Positions 26,313-40,079 of a DNA stretch of 64,000 nt are shown here, piece by piece. Position numbers and translations under genes: made by a program. The notes beneath the pieces were generated by a model. That model saw only the letters and a list, made by a program, of their open reading frames with translations, had not been told where the DNA came from and ran no database searches. The DNA lies in NCBI RefSeq assembly GCF_009914755.1, contig NC_060925.1; one strand, given 5' to 3'. The stretch comes from the human T2T-CHM13v2.0 reference genome, Homo sapiens. Position 1 is the stretch's first letter. Every line of letters starts with the position of its first letter.

Positions 26313-27410
26313 ATCTTTTGGCAAGGACTAAATATAGGGACACAACACTAGTCGTGAAGAGTACTTTGCCACTGCTCTGCTCTTCAGTTTGATCATAAAA
26401 GCCAACTAAGACAAAAATTAAAGGGAAAAAATATAGAATGAGGACTGTCACAGATGAAATCAAATTAATTAGAAGATATTAACAAATCTCAATTAAATGT
26501 AATTCAACAATACATACATTTTAAAAGCAATATAATGGTGTTCATTCTCATGAATTTGATTTAACTATTACACATTAAATTGTTCAGGCACTTACTTTAT
26601 CAATATTTTAGATTCCACATTGCAATAAGATTATGGAAAAATAAAATTAAACTTTACGGAATAATGGAAACAAGATTACAGAATTAGCCAGCAAACTTCA
26701 TTTTCAGGGAGTAGAAGAAAAAATTGGTTTAAACCAGTTTTCTACCATATTGAATAATATGGTAGAGATGACTTGTGAACACATATTTTTAGTAGATAAC
26801 CACATTAAAAATAAAAGAGAAGGCAGAGTTCTGGATAAGAAACTTTTAAAATTTCTTCCACTTCTAACATAGAAGTAGTGATTAAAATTTAGTCACAACA
26901 TGCTAGAGTTAATGGGTATAGAGTACAGGATGGTGGAAATAAATACAGAATAAGTCTTAAAATACATTTAGGACTAAAATACATTAGTCCTAAAAATAAG
27001 CTCTCTAATAAGATCTTTCTTGATTGTCCTTTGCTTCTTTTCTTTAGATATCCTGTATGGTGAAAAGTTGACAGGTTCTGATTAATATAGGTTTTACTTT
27101 CTAAAACCATATCTGAATTTCATGATTGGAAGGCTTAGAGATGGATACCACTTTAAATATATAAGTTAACAGACAGATGTAAGGATTTAACATCAGAGCA
27201 CCTTTTACTGAATTGAGTAACTTCCCACTCATGCTTTGGCCAAATTCTTAGAAACCATTAATATAAAACTCTGTGAAATATCTTTCCTCCAAAGGAAGCA
27301 AATTCTTTTCACAAATGTTAATTTATCCTTTTAATTTCTTTTAAAGAGATATAACATAACACAGTAAGAACAGTTTCCATCAGACTGTTAGCTGACAGTG
27401 TGGCATGAGA

Positions 27411-27412
<2 letters not shown>

Positions 27413-27446
<34 letters not shown>
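27413..27446. repeat. (TG)n microsatellite
   Basis: About 17 perfect TG units. Confidence 0.95.
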
Positions 27447-27448
<2 letters not shown>

Positions 27449-27913
27449 CTCCTAAGCTTTGTTCTTTCCGGTGACAACTCAGGTAGGAGGAAAAGAGAAT
27501 TACAATGGCTGAGCAGAATATCCACCTTTGCGTAGAAGTTACATGCCACACTGGAGTTTGTGCCTTATGTAGCAACTCCATAAATACAGTTTTCAGGGTG
27601 TCTAAAAGGAACAGACTCAATTACAAGAATCATTGCACTCTGGAAAGCCCGAAGATATGTCTTTCTCCTCAGGCATTCATCATTTATTCATCCTAGTCCA
27701 GTTGTAGTCATCTAATGAATAAGGGAACATTTTTACCATAAGCAACATTGCCTGCCTTTGTCATATTTCCAAGGGAACAAAGTTAGAAAGCGAACACAAG
27801 TCAAATTCTTACACAGAAGGAAAGGGCTTTGTTAACCCTTTTCTATATCTTAATATTTATTCTAGTCATTATTTTTAATTGCAAGGAATCACTAAAGCTA
27901 GATCAAGAAAGAA

Positions 27914-28979
27914 GGATATACTATTCTGGACATAGGCCCTGGCAAAGATTTCATGACGCAGATACCAAAAGCAATTGCAACGAAAACAAAAATTGATAAA
28001 TGGGACCTAATTAAAATAAAGAGCTTCTGCACAGGAAAAGAAACCATCAGCAGAGTAAACAATCTACAGACTGGGAGAAAATGTCTGCAAACTATGCATC
28101 TAACAAAGGTCTAATATCCAGAATCTATAAGGAGCTTAAAAAAATTAATGAGTAAAAAATAAACAACCTTATTAAAAACTGAGCAAAGGACATGAACAGA
28201 CACTTCTCAAAAGAAGACAAACAGCCAACAAACAAATAGGAAAAAATGCTCAGCATCACTAATCATTAGAGAAATGCAACTCAAAACCACAGTAAGATAC
28301 CATCTCATGCCAGTCAGAATGACTATTATGAAGTCAAAAAATAACATATGCTGGCAAAGTTGTGGAGAAAAGGAATGTTTATACACTGCTGGTGGGAATA
28401 TAAATTGATTCAGCCACTGTGGAAAGCAGTTTGGAGATTTCTCAAAGAACTTAAACTACTATTCAACCTAGCAATCCCACTGGGTACATATTCAAAGGAA
28501 TATAAGTCATTCTACTTTGCTGTTATATAAGGGATATATAATATCAACCTAGGTGCCCATAAATAGTGGATTGGATAAAGAAAAATGTAGTACATAACAC
28601 CATGAAATACTACACAGCCATAAAAAAACACACAATTTTGCCCTTTGCAGCAACATGGATGAAACTAGAGGCTATTATCCTAAGTGAATTAATGCAGGAA
28701 CAGAAAACCAAATGCCACATGTTCTCACTTATAAGTAGGAGCTAAACACTGGGTACACATGGACACAAAGAGGGAAACAACAGACACCAGAACCTATTTG
28801 TGGGTGGAGGGTGGGGGGAGGGTGGTGATCAAATAACTACCTATTAGGTACTATGTTTATTATCTGTGTGACAAAACAATTTGTACACCAAACCCTGTGA
28901 TACACAATTTACCCATATAACAAATCTGCATATGTACCTCCTGAACCTAAAATAAACGTTGAAAAGAAAAAAAAAAAAA
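27914..28979 (+). mobile_element. 5'-truncated L1 (L1PB-like) 3' end
   Basis: ORF2 C-terminal and 3' UTR sequence; AATAAA and poly(A) at ~28950-28979. Confidence 0.9.
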
Positions 28980-28980
28980 G

Positions 28981-29646
28981 ACTCAGTGACCAGGTCATCA
29001 AGATTCTGGGCACTGAGAAACGGAAAAAGAACAAAACCAACCTGATATTTCGGACAGGGAACCAGGTGGTCAAATGGATGGACAGAAGTCATGGAACTGA
29101 AAAAGCACTGACTACTCCTGCTTAAGTGTGGAGCAGAGGATCACGTGGAAGCAGTGAAAAAGCTCCAAACTCCACCAAGCTCCTGCAGAAGAATAACCTG
29201 AATCTGCTCAGAGACCTGGCTGTGCACACTGCCCATAGCAGGAACAACCCAGACTGGTGAGGTGTGGTCATATTACACAGGAAGGAGGGTGATTCAGAGT
29301 TCATGAATATCATTGCCAATGAGATTGGGTCAGAGGAGACCCTCCTGTTCTTAACCGTGGGCGATGAGAAAGGTGCTGGACTTTTCTTACTGGCAGGGCG
29401 ACCTGCAGCTGTGGAGACCTTGGGGCCCAGGGTGGCTGAGGTCCTGGAAGGCAAAGGAGCAGGGAAGAAAGGCTGTTTTCAGGGCAAGACCACCAAGTTG
29501 AGCCAGCGGGCGGAGGCACAGGCACTTCTCCAGGACTACATCAGCACGCAGAGTGCTAAGGAGTGAGAGCTTAGGGTGCTCACTTCCTGTTTCCACAGGA
29601 ATCTTTTGGTCAATAAAATAGTTTGACTCAGAAAAAAAGAAAAGAA
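28981..29646 (+). pseudogene. 5'-truncated processed pseudogene of AARSD1 (AlaX editing protein), C-terminal part and 3' UTR
   Basis: Translates to LSD-QVIKILGTEK...NLLRDLAVH...RKEGDSEFMNIIANEIGSEETLLFLTVGDEK...QALLQDYISTQSAKE*; intronless; frameshifts and a TGA at ~29258; AATAAA 29612-29617 then A-rich tail. Confidence 0.9.
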
Positions 29647-29925
29647 TGACTATCAAAATGGCACACAGTTTTACGGAAATTCAAGAATAAGGCCTTACAG
29701 AGATTACAACTCAAAAGTAGTTCTAGATATATCAACATTAACAACTGGTGGAACTTCACGGGCTCCAGTATTTTGCCACTAATGTGCTAATGTGACTAGT
29801 TATTCTGCAAACATCTGCTTCTTTCTCCTTTCCCTGCTAATAGGCTTATTATTCCTGTGACGTCTGTACACAAGTCATCACTAAAAATGGCTCAACTTAC
29901 AAACATCTACTTTTTATGACCTTTC

Positions 29926-31161
29926 ATATACATACAGAATATATAGAATCTAGATATTTATATATCTATATATTTAAAGTATAAATATATACATTTTTTG
30001 ACTTTTATTTTGCATTCAGGGGGTACATATGCAGGTTTGCTACATGGGTATATTGTGTAATGCTGAGGTTTGGGGTACTAATAATCCTGCTACCCAGGTA
30101 CTAAGCATAGTATTCAATAGGTAGTTTTTCAGCCTTTGCCATTCCCCCCAACTCTAGAGGTCCCCAGTGTTTATTATTCCCATCTTTATGTGCATGTGTA
30201 CTCAATGCTTAGCTCTCACACTTATAAGTAAGAACATGTAGTATCTGGTTTTCTGTTCCTGCATTAATTCACTTAGTAAAATGGCCTCCAGCTGTACGCA
30301 TGTAGCTGGAAAGGACATGATCTTTGTTCTTTTTATGGCTGCATAGTATTCCATGGTGTATATGTACCACATTTTCTTTATCCAGTCCAATGTTGATGGG
30401 CATGTAGGTTTATTCTATGTCTTTGCTATTGTAAACAGTGCTGCAATGAAAATATGAGTGCATGTGTCTTTATGGTAGAACAATTTATATTCCTTTGGGT
30501 AGGTGCCCAATAATGGGATTGGTGGGTCAAATGGTAGTTTAAGTTCTTTGACAAATCTCCAAACTACTTTCCACCGTAACTGAACTAATTTACATTCCTA
30601 CCAACAGTGTAAATGTGTCCCCTTTTCTCTGCAGCCTTGCCAACATCTTTTATTTTTTGACTTTTTAAGTCATTCTGACTGGTGTGAGATGGTATCTCAC
30701 TGTGGTTTTGATTTGCATTTCTCTAGTAATTAGTGATGTTGAGCACCTTTTCATGTTTTTTGGCCGTTTGTATGTCTTCTTTTGAGAAGTGTCTGTTTAT
30801 ATCCTTTGCCCAGTTTTTAATGGGGTTATTTGGTTTTTGCTTGTTGAGTTGTTTATGTTCCTTATAGATTCTAGAAATTAGACCTTTATCAGATGCACAG
30901 TTTGTAAATATTTTCTCCCACTCTGTAGGTTGTCCGTTTACTCTGTTGATAGTTTCTTTTCCTGTGCAAAAGCTCTTTATTTTAATTAGGTACAACCTGT
31001 CAACTTTTATTTTTGTTGTAATTGCTTTTGAGGACTTAGCCATGAATTATTTGCCAAGGCCAGCATCCAGAATGGTATTTCCTAAGTTTTCTTCTAGAAT
31101 TTTTAGTTGGAGATCTTACATTTATATCTGTAATCCATCTTGAGTTAATTTTTGTATATGC
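29926..31161 (-). mobile_element. 5'-truncated L1 (L1PB-like) 3' end with AT-rich tail
   Basis: ORF2 C-terminal peptides ([23 protein letters not shown]); 16-bp TSD CTTTTTATGA(C/T)CTTTC at 29910 and 31162. Confidence 0.92.
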
Positions 31162-32659
31162 CTTTTTATGATCTTTCTAATGATATTTAACACTCTCACA
31201 GTAATAATAAAACTAGTATTTGGCATCATTAAATTAATGCCAAGTAAGTTAATGCTAAACCAATGCAATCAACGTAATTAGAAAACATGATAGGCTGATT
31301 CAGGAGATTATATAATGAAGCAAAGGAGAACAAAGCTGGGAATTACAGCTGGGCCAGCCAACCAAAAATATTCACCCCTTTTAAGTATTGTTTCCCCTCT
31401 AAGTATTGTTACAGATGAAAAAACTAAGGCCAAGAGAGATTAATTTTTCCAAGATCAAAAAATGAATAGTGACATTCTCAGGCTATTTCCAGGTTTACTG
31501 AAGGCCTGATGATACAGGAAGAAGTAAAACATGTAAACATGAACCTCAGGCACAGCGAAGAATTGTCTTACGTAATAATAGGTAGAACTTCAGGTGACAA
31601 AGCAGTTGTTCTACAGACTATTCTGAATTCCTCTGCCCTGTCTGATTTCTTACTCTCTGCAGGCTGTGCCAACTGCTAAACTTCACAATCACCACAGTGA
31701 GAAACAAGGGAAGTAGAGAGGCAATGCAGCCACTCATGTTCTCGTCACATATATGCTTTGTATTACTTCTTTGTTGGTTTGATAGTAATCTGAGTAAAAG
31801 CAACTTAAGTAAAGTCATCATTTTTGCCCATCTCTGAAGCAAGGCTAAACTTTGTGGTCTGGCCTAACTCACTAACAGAACCATGATTTAAACTAAAGTA
31901 GTCTGATTCTGGGGCTTATATTCTGAAACACTATTAACTGCCTCCCATCTAAGTTGTCATATTCTTATGTTTACACAATCCTTGAAAGCACCTGAATTTT
32001 AAACTAGTTTATAATTTATTTTAAAGCAACCATTAAACAAAGTTATTTAACAAAGCCATCACAGGAAACCAAGTTTTTGTACATTATGACATAAATATTA
32101 GATATAAGACACCAATAGGTTCACCTTATTAGGAATACCAAAGTGAAAATAAAAATAGTTTGCTGAGTTATCCTCAAATGGAAATAAATAGCTCTAAAGA
32201 AAGCTTATTAAAGGAAAAAGCTCTGAAGATAGGCTACTGTAATTTTGGTAAAGTTATTAGATTATTTATTAGTAAATCAAATAAAAATTATCATGCAGAC
32301 ATCAATTTCATAAAGCATATTGGCATTTATCTTTATTTTCAATGAATTGCTTTCATTTATCCTTTTTCTTTATTATTACATTTATTTACACTGATGAATT
32401 TGGCAACATAGTATAATATAATCTCAATACCCAATTCTAGTATTAGGTCTGCCACTATGCAGCTGTTAACTGTAAACATCACGTTACCTCTCAATAATAC
32501 ATTTTTCTCATGTATAAAATAAAGAATTTATCTGCACTATTAGTTTTGAGGTCTTTAAAGATTACTTTTATTCCAAATTTTTTAAATATGAAAAGCTTTT
32601 GAAGATTAAAGAATGTTTTAAAGGTACAAAGATTTGAAAGGATGAAAACTCATTGTTTG

Positions 32660-33175
32660 AAGATTTTATGGCTATCAAAAATAAAAATTTATAGTCAATT
32701 ATTAGAATTAATAGGAGTTTAGCAAGTTGCTAGAACAATATATAAAAATCAACTGCATACACAGCAACAGAAGTTAGAAAATGTATTTTTGGAAAGGTAC
32801 CATTTACAATAATAACAAAAAATAAGATAACTTTAAAAAGCTACCAAAGATGTTTATGGAGAAAAATTAAAAAATTATAAAACTTGAATGCTATTAAACC
32901 CGTAATTAAATAGATAAACCTTATTCATAAATTGAAAGACTTAATACCAAAAAGAAGCCCCTTCTCTCTAAATTAATCTATAAACTCACTGCAATGCCAA
33001 TGAGAATCCTAACAGGGATTAAGAACTTGACAAACCAATTCCAAAATTAATATGGAAGAACAAGACCTAAGAATAGGCAAGACCATTCTAAAAAAGAATA
33101 AAGCCAAGGAAATGAAGTTAACAGATATAAAGATAGTGACAGTAGTAAAGACATTGTGGTATTGGTGAAGGAATA
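32660..33175 (+). mobile_element. Old L1M ORF2 fragment
   Basis: Degenerate AAAAATCAACTGCAT, CCATTTACAATA, AAATTAATCTATAAA, GACATTGTGGTATTGG motifs. Confidence 0.65.
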
Positions 33176-34605
33176 AGCATCTTTCTCTTCAGTATCAAAA
33201 TCTTCCTATCTATTTACAAATCAATAAAGAAATTTCCCCTATGCTTCATAAACCCCATTCATGGTCTTGTTAGACTTGCAAATTGGTCCTACATATGATC
33301 TAAACATAAGAGCATCAAGGTAGTGGCCAAACTTCTCCTTTTACCTTGTCACTGTTCTCCTCAGAACACATTTCAACTTCCTAACTATTCTAAGTGTTTC
33401 TCTATTCAAGATATTATACACTTCTCCACAAGGAACATCATGTAGAGTGGCAGATCAGCTGCCAATATGTGAATAAAATGACAGATTGTTCAGAATACAT
33501 AAGTATACTTATTCAAACACTATTATTTATATTTTTAGGAAGTATTTTAGAAAAAACTGTTGAGAAGTGATAGGAGACAAGAGAAGAACATTCAAAGGCA
33601 TGAGTTAAAATTATCTTCACAATAACTATGATTGTACATTGCAAATTATTTACAAAACTTATTGCAGGATGGAAAAATCCTTTTGTTCATAAAAAATGAG
33701 ACAAAATCACCAAATATGATTATCAATATATTAAAATAACATAAAATAGTAATATAATAAATGTAAAATACATTTAGAAATTTTAATAAATGAATTGTAA
33801 TGGCATAAAAATAAAATCAGTGACCACCCTAATCAGAGCAATCTATGAAGTTCTACACACAGGGAAACAAAGGAACAAAAGATATTTAGATAGAAAAGAA
33901 CACAAGATATTCTAGGTTTTCTAGGTTCCACAGCATTTACTTATATCACAGCTATCTTCTCCCCAAGAATTACAACAGTTAATATTCATGTAACATTTAC
34001 AATTAGAAAATTATTTTAATATACATTATCTCATTTTATTCCTATGACACTATACAGATTGGTATAATTATGTGCACTCATCACTAAAATACCTTATTAA
34101 ATTCTAGGTGTGCTAAATCACCAAAAACAGAAATGAAAGTAACCATGTAGTAGTTGTCACAACAAATCAACAAATGAAAATATTGAGTTGGAATTAATAA
34201 AGTAGTTAAGGCCTGAAGCCTGGATGAAAATTTTGGATTTGTTAGAAAGGCAACAGAGTTACTGCAGGTTCTTAATTGTGGAAGTGAAAAGATGAAAGCA
34301 GTGTCTGAGAAATAATTCTAACAGTTATGTGTAGGATGAGTTGGAGGGGGAAAGGGACTAGAAGCAGGGAATAAACAGCTACAAAAGGGTTGAAGTACAG
34401 AAGCACGTACCATAGCTACAATGTATATTGAAGTACATGAATACTGAAGAAGCATGAAGTACATGAAGCATGAAATAATAAAGTCTTAGACAAAAGTAAA
34501 AATAAAAATATGAAAAAAGTAAGAAAATGATAAAATCAGAGAAGCATTTCTTATATTTATTTAATATTAACTATTTTTGCACACCCCCTAGTCACCACAT
34601 TCAAC

Positions 34606-34800
34606 ATATACACATTTTAGAATTTAATAAGGTATTTAATGATGAGTATGCATAATTATACTAATATCTATAGACTGTCATAAGAATAAAATGAGACAAT
34701 GTATATTATATACATTTTAGAATAAGGTATTTAATGAGTGTGCATAATTGTAGTAATATCTATAGATTGTCATAAAAATAAAATCAGACAATGTATATTA
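34606..34800. repeat. Tandem duplication, two ~95-100-bp copies
   Basis: ACATTTTAGAAT...AAGGTATTTAATGA...TAATATCTATAGA.TGTCATAA.AATAAAAT.AGACAATGTATATTA occurs twice. Confidence 0.92.
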
Positions 34801-34864
34801 AAAGAATTCATTCATTATAAATGTTACACAAATATTAATTGTTTTAATTTCTTGGGGAGAAGAC

Positions 34865-35100
34865 AGCTGTGCTAAAACAGTAATGCTCTGGCCATAAAGT
34901 CAGAAGACCTGAATTCAAATTGTGATCCTATTTTTATTAATATTTAATTGACCTTAAGCAAGTCATTTAACCACTCTGAGCAACCATTTTTAGTATGTAA
35001 AATGTGAAAAAACAATCTCTCATAAAGGTCTCAAGGAATAAATAAAATAATTCATTATAAAATTCCTAACACAGTCTCTGAATTATGGTGGATAGTGAAT
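34865..35100 (+). mobile_element. MIR
   Basis: AGTCAGAAGACCTGAATTCAAAT...TGACCTTAAGCAAGTCATTTAACCACTCTGAGC core. Confidence 0.7.
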
Positions 35101-35641
35101 GTGTATTACAAGAGAGGGAGGGGAATCCATTTTGGCAGCTGTTATTGAACAGAAAGCCACAAGTATTTTTAAAGAAGCATTTTAAGGAATTACCATACAG
35201 TAAGATTGCTAAACAGCTTATTAACGCTCCACTTCAAACAATGTCCTCTTACGTATAAGGCCAAATCCACAGCAGCATAAAGAGCAATAGGCAAAAGCTA
35301 TATGATCAACATGATTTAAAAAACAACAATAACAAAAATTAGTGACTTTTTCTACTTACAGAAACATTACCAGAATTTACATAACTGACCAAATAGCTCC
35401 TACTTCTAATTCTAATATTTATTAACTGGGAAAGAAGTTAAAAGGGACAAAAGACAAAAAGGAAACAAATGCATCCTGAAGGAACTTAAATGGTAATACA
35501 TAAGGTCAAGGGTGACTTGTTTTGGGCAAGACTCTTACGGATTTCTGATAGAAATAAATCAATTGAAGTGCCCTGGTAAGATTGCCCCAGCCATAGATCC
35601 CTCAAGAATAAGTTAGAAGACAGTTCACAAAAATCAACTAT

Positions 35642-35930
35642 AGCTGGGCACAATGGCTCAAGCCTGTAATCCCAGTAGTTTGAGAGGCCAAGGTGGGTGG
35701 ATCACTTGAGGCCAGGAGTGTGAGACCAGCCTGGCCAACGTGGCAAAACCTTGTCTCTATTAAAAATACAAAAACACACCTGAAATCCCAGCTACTCAGG
35801 AGGCTGAGGCACAAGAATCCTTTGAACCTGGGAGGCAGAGGTTGCAGTGAGCCAAGGTTGCTCCACTGCACTCCAGCCTGGGGTACAGAGCAAGGCTCTG
35901 TCTCAAATATAAAAAACAAGAAAAAAAAAT
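35642..35930 (+). mobile_element. Alu (AluS-type) lacking the start of the right arm, inserted directly before an older Alu
   Basis: TSD AAAAATC(A/T)ACTAT; linker jumps from AAAATACAAAAA to CACACCTG. Confidence 0.9.
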
Positions 35931-35937
35931 CTACTAT

Positions 35938-36230
35938 AGCTCAGCACAGTGGCTCAGTGCCTGTAATCCCAGCACTTTGGGAGGCCAAGGTGGGAGGATC
36001 ACTTGAGCTCAGGAGTTCAAGAACAGCCTGGGCACCATTGTGAGACATCAACTCTACAAAAAAATTAAAAAATTAGCCAGGCATGGTGGTGCGCACCTGT
36101 AGTTCCAGCTACTTGGGAGGCTGAGGAGGGAAGATCACTTGAGCCCAGGAGGTTGAGGCTGCAGTGAGCCGTGTTTGTGTCACTGTAACCCACCCAGGGC
36201 AATGGAGTGAGACAATCAAAAAAAAAAAAA
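35938..36230 (+). mobile_element. Alu (AluJ-type)
   Basis: Dimer with poly(A) tail. Confidence 0.9.
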
Positions 36231-37810
36231 TACCTGACTAAAAACAACCAGACTATACAGCACTGTTAGCTCAGTGGGGGTTGAGAAACAAGATTAAGAG
36301 AATATAAGTAAATGGTATTCATAAAAGTTTCCTTTCTCGTCTAGACTAATGAGGTTCTACTTAGCTATGGGTCTTTAGCACACTATTCATTCACTCATTC
36401 ACTCTGCAACAACATACCAAAGAATGCACTGTGAGAAATACATAGTATAACATCCAGCCTTGAAGATATAAGATCAACACATGTAACAAAGTGCCAAAAG
36501 AGAGGCACAAATACAGTATTTATGCAAGAAAGACCCAGAAAGCTTTAGGGAATTCATGGATTGAATCTGGACATCAGAAAACTAGAGGGGAAGGAGAAAG
36601 AAAAGAACTGTAGGTGAGCGACCAGTGCAAGGTAATGAAGGACAATACAGTGACTAGGAAGAAAATGGCTGGAGCGTAAGAGACTGAAACTGAAAGATCA
36701 GAATGTCAGATTTGGAATCAGACTGCAAAAAGTCTTCAGTACCAGGATAAGTGATTTGAACTTTATTCTAAATACTCTAAAAAGCTTTGAGTAAGAGGAA
36801 ATAAAGAATAAAAGTTTTAAATTAGGAAGATTAATCTCACAAAAGACTGAAATACAGAATAAGAAAAAAAACAGTGTTAGATGGACTCAGAAAAGCTATT
36901 GGATTTTATAGAAACAATGCATCAGACAGGGATCACTACATAAACTCACATCCACCCAACCTGTAGTAGAGCTAAATTGTATTTTTAAATACATTATATA
37001 GACATTTTACTCTGTGAACTAAATCTTTTGCACTCAGCCAAAAGAGCGTGACAGAGACAGATTATGTCTCTCAATCTAATACTAAATGCATTTATTCCCT
37101 AGAGTAAACAGGAATGGGAGCTATGATTCTACATTCCCTCAGTCAGCCTCAATTCCCATGTGCTTCGCAGAGCATGGAGAACACAATTCTAGTGTTAAAG
37201 ATATGTATATTTTTTCATAAACATGGCTCTAATCATAAGTAAACCACTTTATTCACTGTGCAAACGAAGAAAATAGTAATAGCACTGGAGGAAAAACTAG
37301 CTGTGGTAGACTTGATGAAAGACAATACTAAACTGCAATTTATGTGCTATTTGGGAAACTTTCAGGAGTGATTGTGGCTCAATGTTTGCTTCACATACTA
37401 ACCTTAGAACCTAACCCCTACTTAATGCCTTTTCTTCATCTTAATCATACTAAACATACTGAAGGTAGCTAAACAGGGATTTAGTCCAAAACAATTATTT
37501 GAGGGCAGAAAATTCCCTAAAAATAATGAAACATTTTAGGAAGCTAAAACCAGGCAAATAAAAACATAATCTCCATAAGGTTAGAGATTTGTATGGGTAC
37601 AAAGTACAAAAACCTCACCTGCATGGAACTTAGATAAGAAACTGGTCATACTCGAGCTACAGAGCACTTATGAGGGTCTTATGAGTGTATCTTTGCATTT
37701 TCTCCCAGAACCATAATAACCCTTTTCCCTGAGTCAATATTTTCAAATATTAGAAAATTCTGGCAACCTATTTATTAAAATATCTTTAATATCATACTAA
37801 CATTTTCTAA

Positions 37811-38905
37811 TGCTGGGGGAAGTCAGGGACCCCGAACAGAGGGACCAGCTGAAGCCACAGCAGAAGGACATAAATTGTGAAGATTTCATGGACATTTATT
37901 AGTTACCCAAATTAATACTTTTATAATTTCTTACACCTGTCTTTACTGCAATCTCTGAACATAAATTGTGAAGATTTCATGGACATTTATCACTTCCCCA
38001 ATCATTACTCTTATAATTTCCTATGCCTGTCTTTAGTTTAATCTCTTAATCCCATCATCTTGGTAAACTGAGGATGTATGTTGCTTCAGGATCCTGAGAT
38101 GATTGTGCTATCTGCACAAATTGTTTGTAGAGCATGTGTGTTTGAACAATATGAAATCTGGGCATCCAAAAGGAATACAATGGCTGCGATTTTCAGGGAA
38201 CAAGGGAGATAACCTTGTTATCTCCTGACTAGGGCCTGACTGCCTAAGGGGCCAGACAGAACAGAGTCATATTTTTCTCCTTACAAAAGTGAATAGGAGA
38301 AATATTGCTGAATTGTTTTTCTCAGCAAGGAACAGCCCTGAGAAAGAGAATGCATTCCTAGGGAGAGGTCTCTAAAATGGCCACTCTGGGAATGTCTGTC
38401 TTATACGGTTGCAGATAAGGGATGAAATAAGCCCAGTCTCCTGTAGCGCTCCCAGGCCTATTAGGATTAGGAAATTCCTGCCTAGTAAATTTAGGCAGAC
38501 TGGTTGTCTGCTCTCAAACCCTGCCTCCTGATAAGATGTTATCAATGATAATGCGTGCCCAGTGGGACATGAAACTTCATCAGCAATTCTAATTTCACCC
38601 TGGTCCTGTGATCTCACTCTGCCCCCATTTGCCATGTGATATTTTATTGCCCTTGAAGCATGTGATCTCTGTGACCCACACCCTATTCGTACACCCCTTC
38701 CCTTTTGAAATCCATAATAAAAACTTGCTGGTTTTGCGGCTCAGGGGGAATCATAGAACCTGCCGACATGTGATGTCTCCCCCGGACATCCAGCTTTAAA
38801 ATTTCTCCCTTTTGTACTCTTTCCCTTTATTTCTCAGACCGGCCGACACTTAGGAAAAATAGAAAAGAACCTACGTTGAAATATCAGGGGCTGATTCCCC
38901 TGATA
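37811..38905 (+). mobile_element. Second MER11 (HML-8) solo LTR
   Basis: TGCTGGGGGAAGTCAGGGACCCC...TTCCCCTGATA; perfect 6-bp TSD TTCTAA. Confidence 0.95.
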
Positions 38906-40079
38906 TTCTAACACTAGACTAACAAAATTTAGGGGATATAAATATTTTACTTTTAAAATACAAACTGTGTTTGCTTTGCACAACTGATAAAATATTTCCA
39001 AATCATACATTTATTTATTTACCCAATACTAGCTGAGCAGAATCTTTTCTATTGATTTCTATTTATTAAATAACAAATGGCTTAAATCACCAACTGTTTA
39101 AATCCTTAATTACCCCACTACAAAGACTTCATAAACACAGTTATAGATAAGCAATTATTTGAAACAGAAATAAGCTTTTAAATAACATTCTTCAGAAACC
39201 TAAGGACAAACCTACTAAACATAATATACAAAATACATCCTATTGCTATTGTCTATTCCTAAAAACTCCTTCCAAATCTAACTTAAATCATTTAAATATA
39301 TCTTAATGATTGACTCATAGAAGAAAGATTAATTTACCAAAGAAAAACTATTGCCAAGCCATGCATAGTGATTCTCTAGAAGAGTATATCCAGTATAGAC
39401 GCAAGAGCCGTTAAAGACCAAAAGCTAACTACATAGGCCTATTTGAGAAAAACCAATTGACAAATGACAAGAATTATATCTATACACTTGATATAACAAA
39501 TCAACCTCCTTCTCAGACTTAATGTAATTTTAAAATAGTAATATTATCTAGTTGCCATGATTTCCAGATGAAATATGGAAATTATAGTTTTGTCAGTTAC
39601 TCAGACTGAAATGATCTATTCACAAAGACTGTAATATAACTTTGTTTCCTCAGTCATTCACTGCTTCCTTTCTGTTCCTGCAGCACTTTATGCATAACTC
39701 TTATTTGTTTTTACTGGAAGTACTTGAATCCTGAAAGAAGGTACTATTATTACCATGTAACAAATGAGAAACAAGCTTATTATGGTAAAGTGACTTAAAG
39801 AAAAATCACCATTAAAGCCAGATTTCAAAGTCATATCTAACTACAAGGCTCTTTCCACACTGACTCACTGGTACTAAATAAATCAAACCTAAATAACTGA
39901 ATTGACTACAGTTTCTTGCTATAGCTGCTTTGGTAGTAGGAAAAACAAATCTATCATGGACAAAACAATGTAGAAGACATGCTCTGAGTGAAGGTGTGGG
40001 GATACCGCCTATTACCTAAACTCATTACCTACAAGTAGGAAAATTCCCACTTTACGAGTCTTCATATAAAGCAAAGCCC

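Noticed and set aside
29264-29566. 100-aa ORF as a functional AARSD1 paralogue
   Set aside because: Starts at GTG just after an in-frame TGA, lacks the editing domain, has upstream frameshifts and no visible promoter
28980-29631. GACTCAG at both ends of the AARSD1 retrocopy as a TSD
   Set aside because: The right copy lies before the poly(A) tail, inside the mRNA-derived part, so it cannot be a TSD; likely coincidence
37860-38045. Direct repeats ACATAAATTGTGAAGATTTCATGGACA (also at 22030-22200) resembling an array
   Set aside because: Intrinsic tandem repeat of MER11 U3, present in both copies; not CRISPR-like
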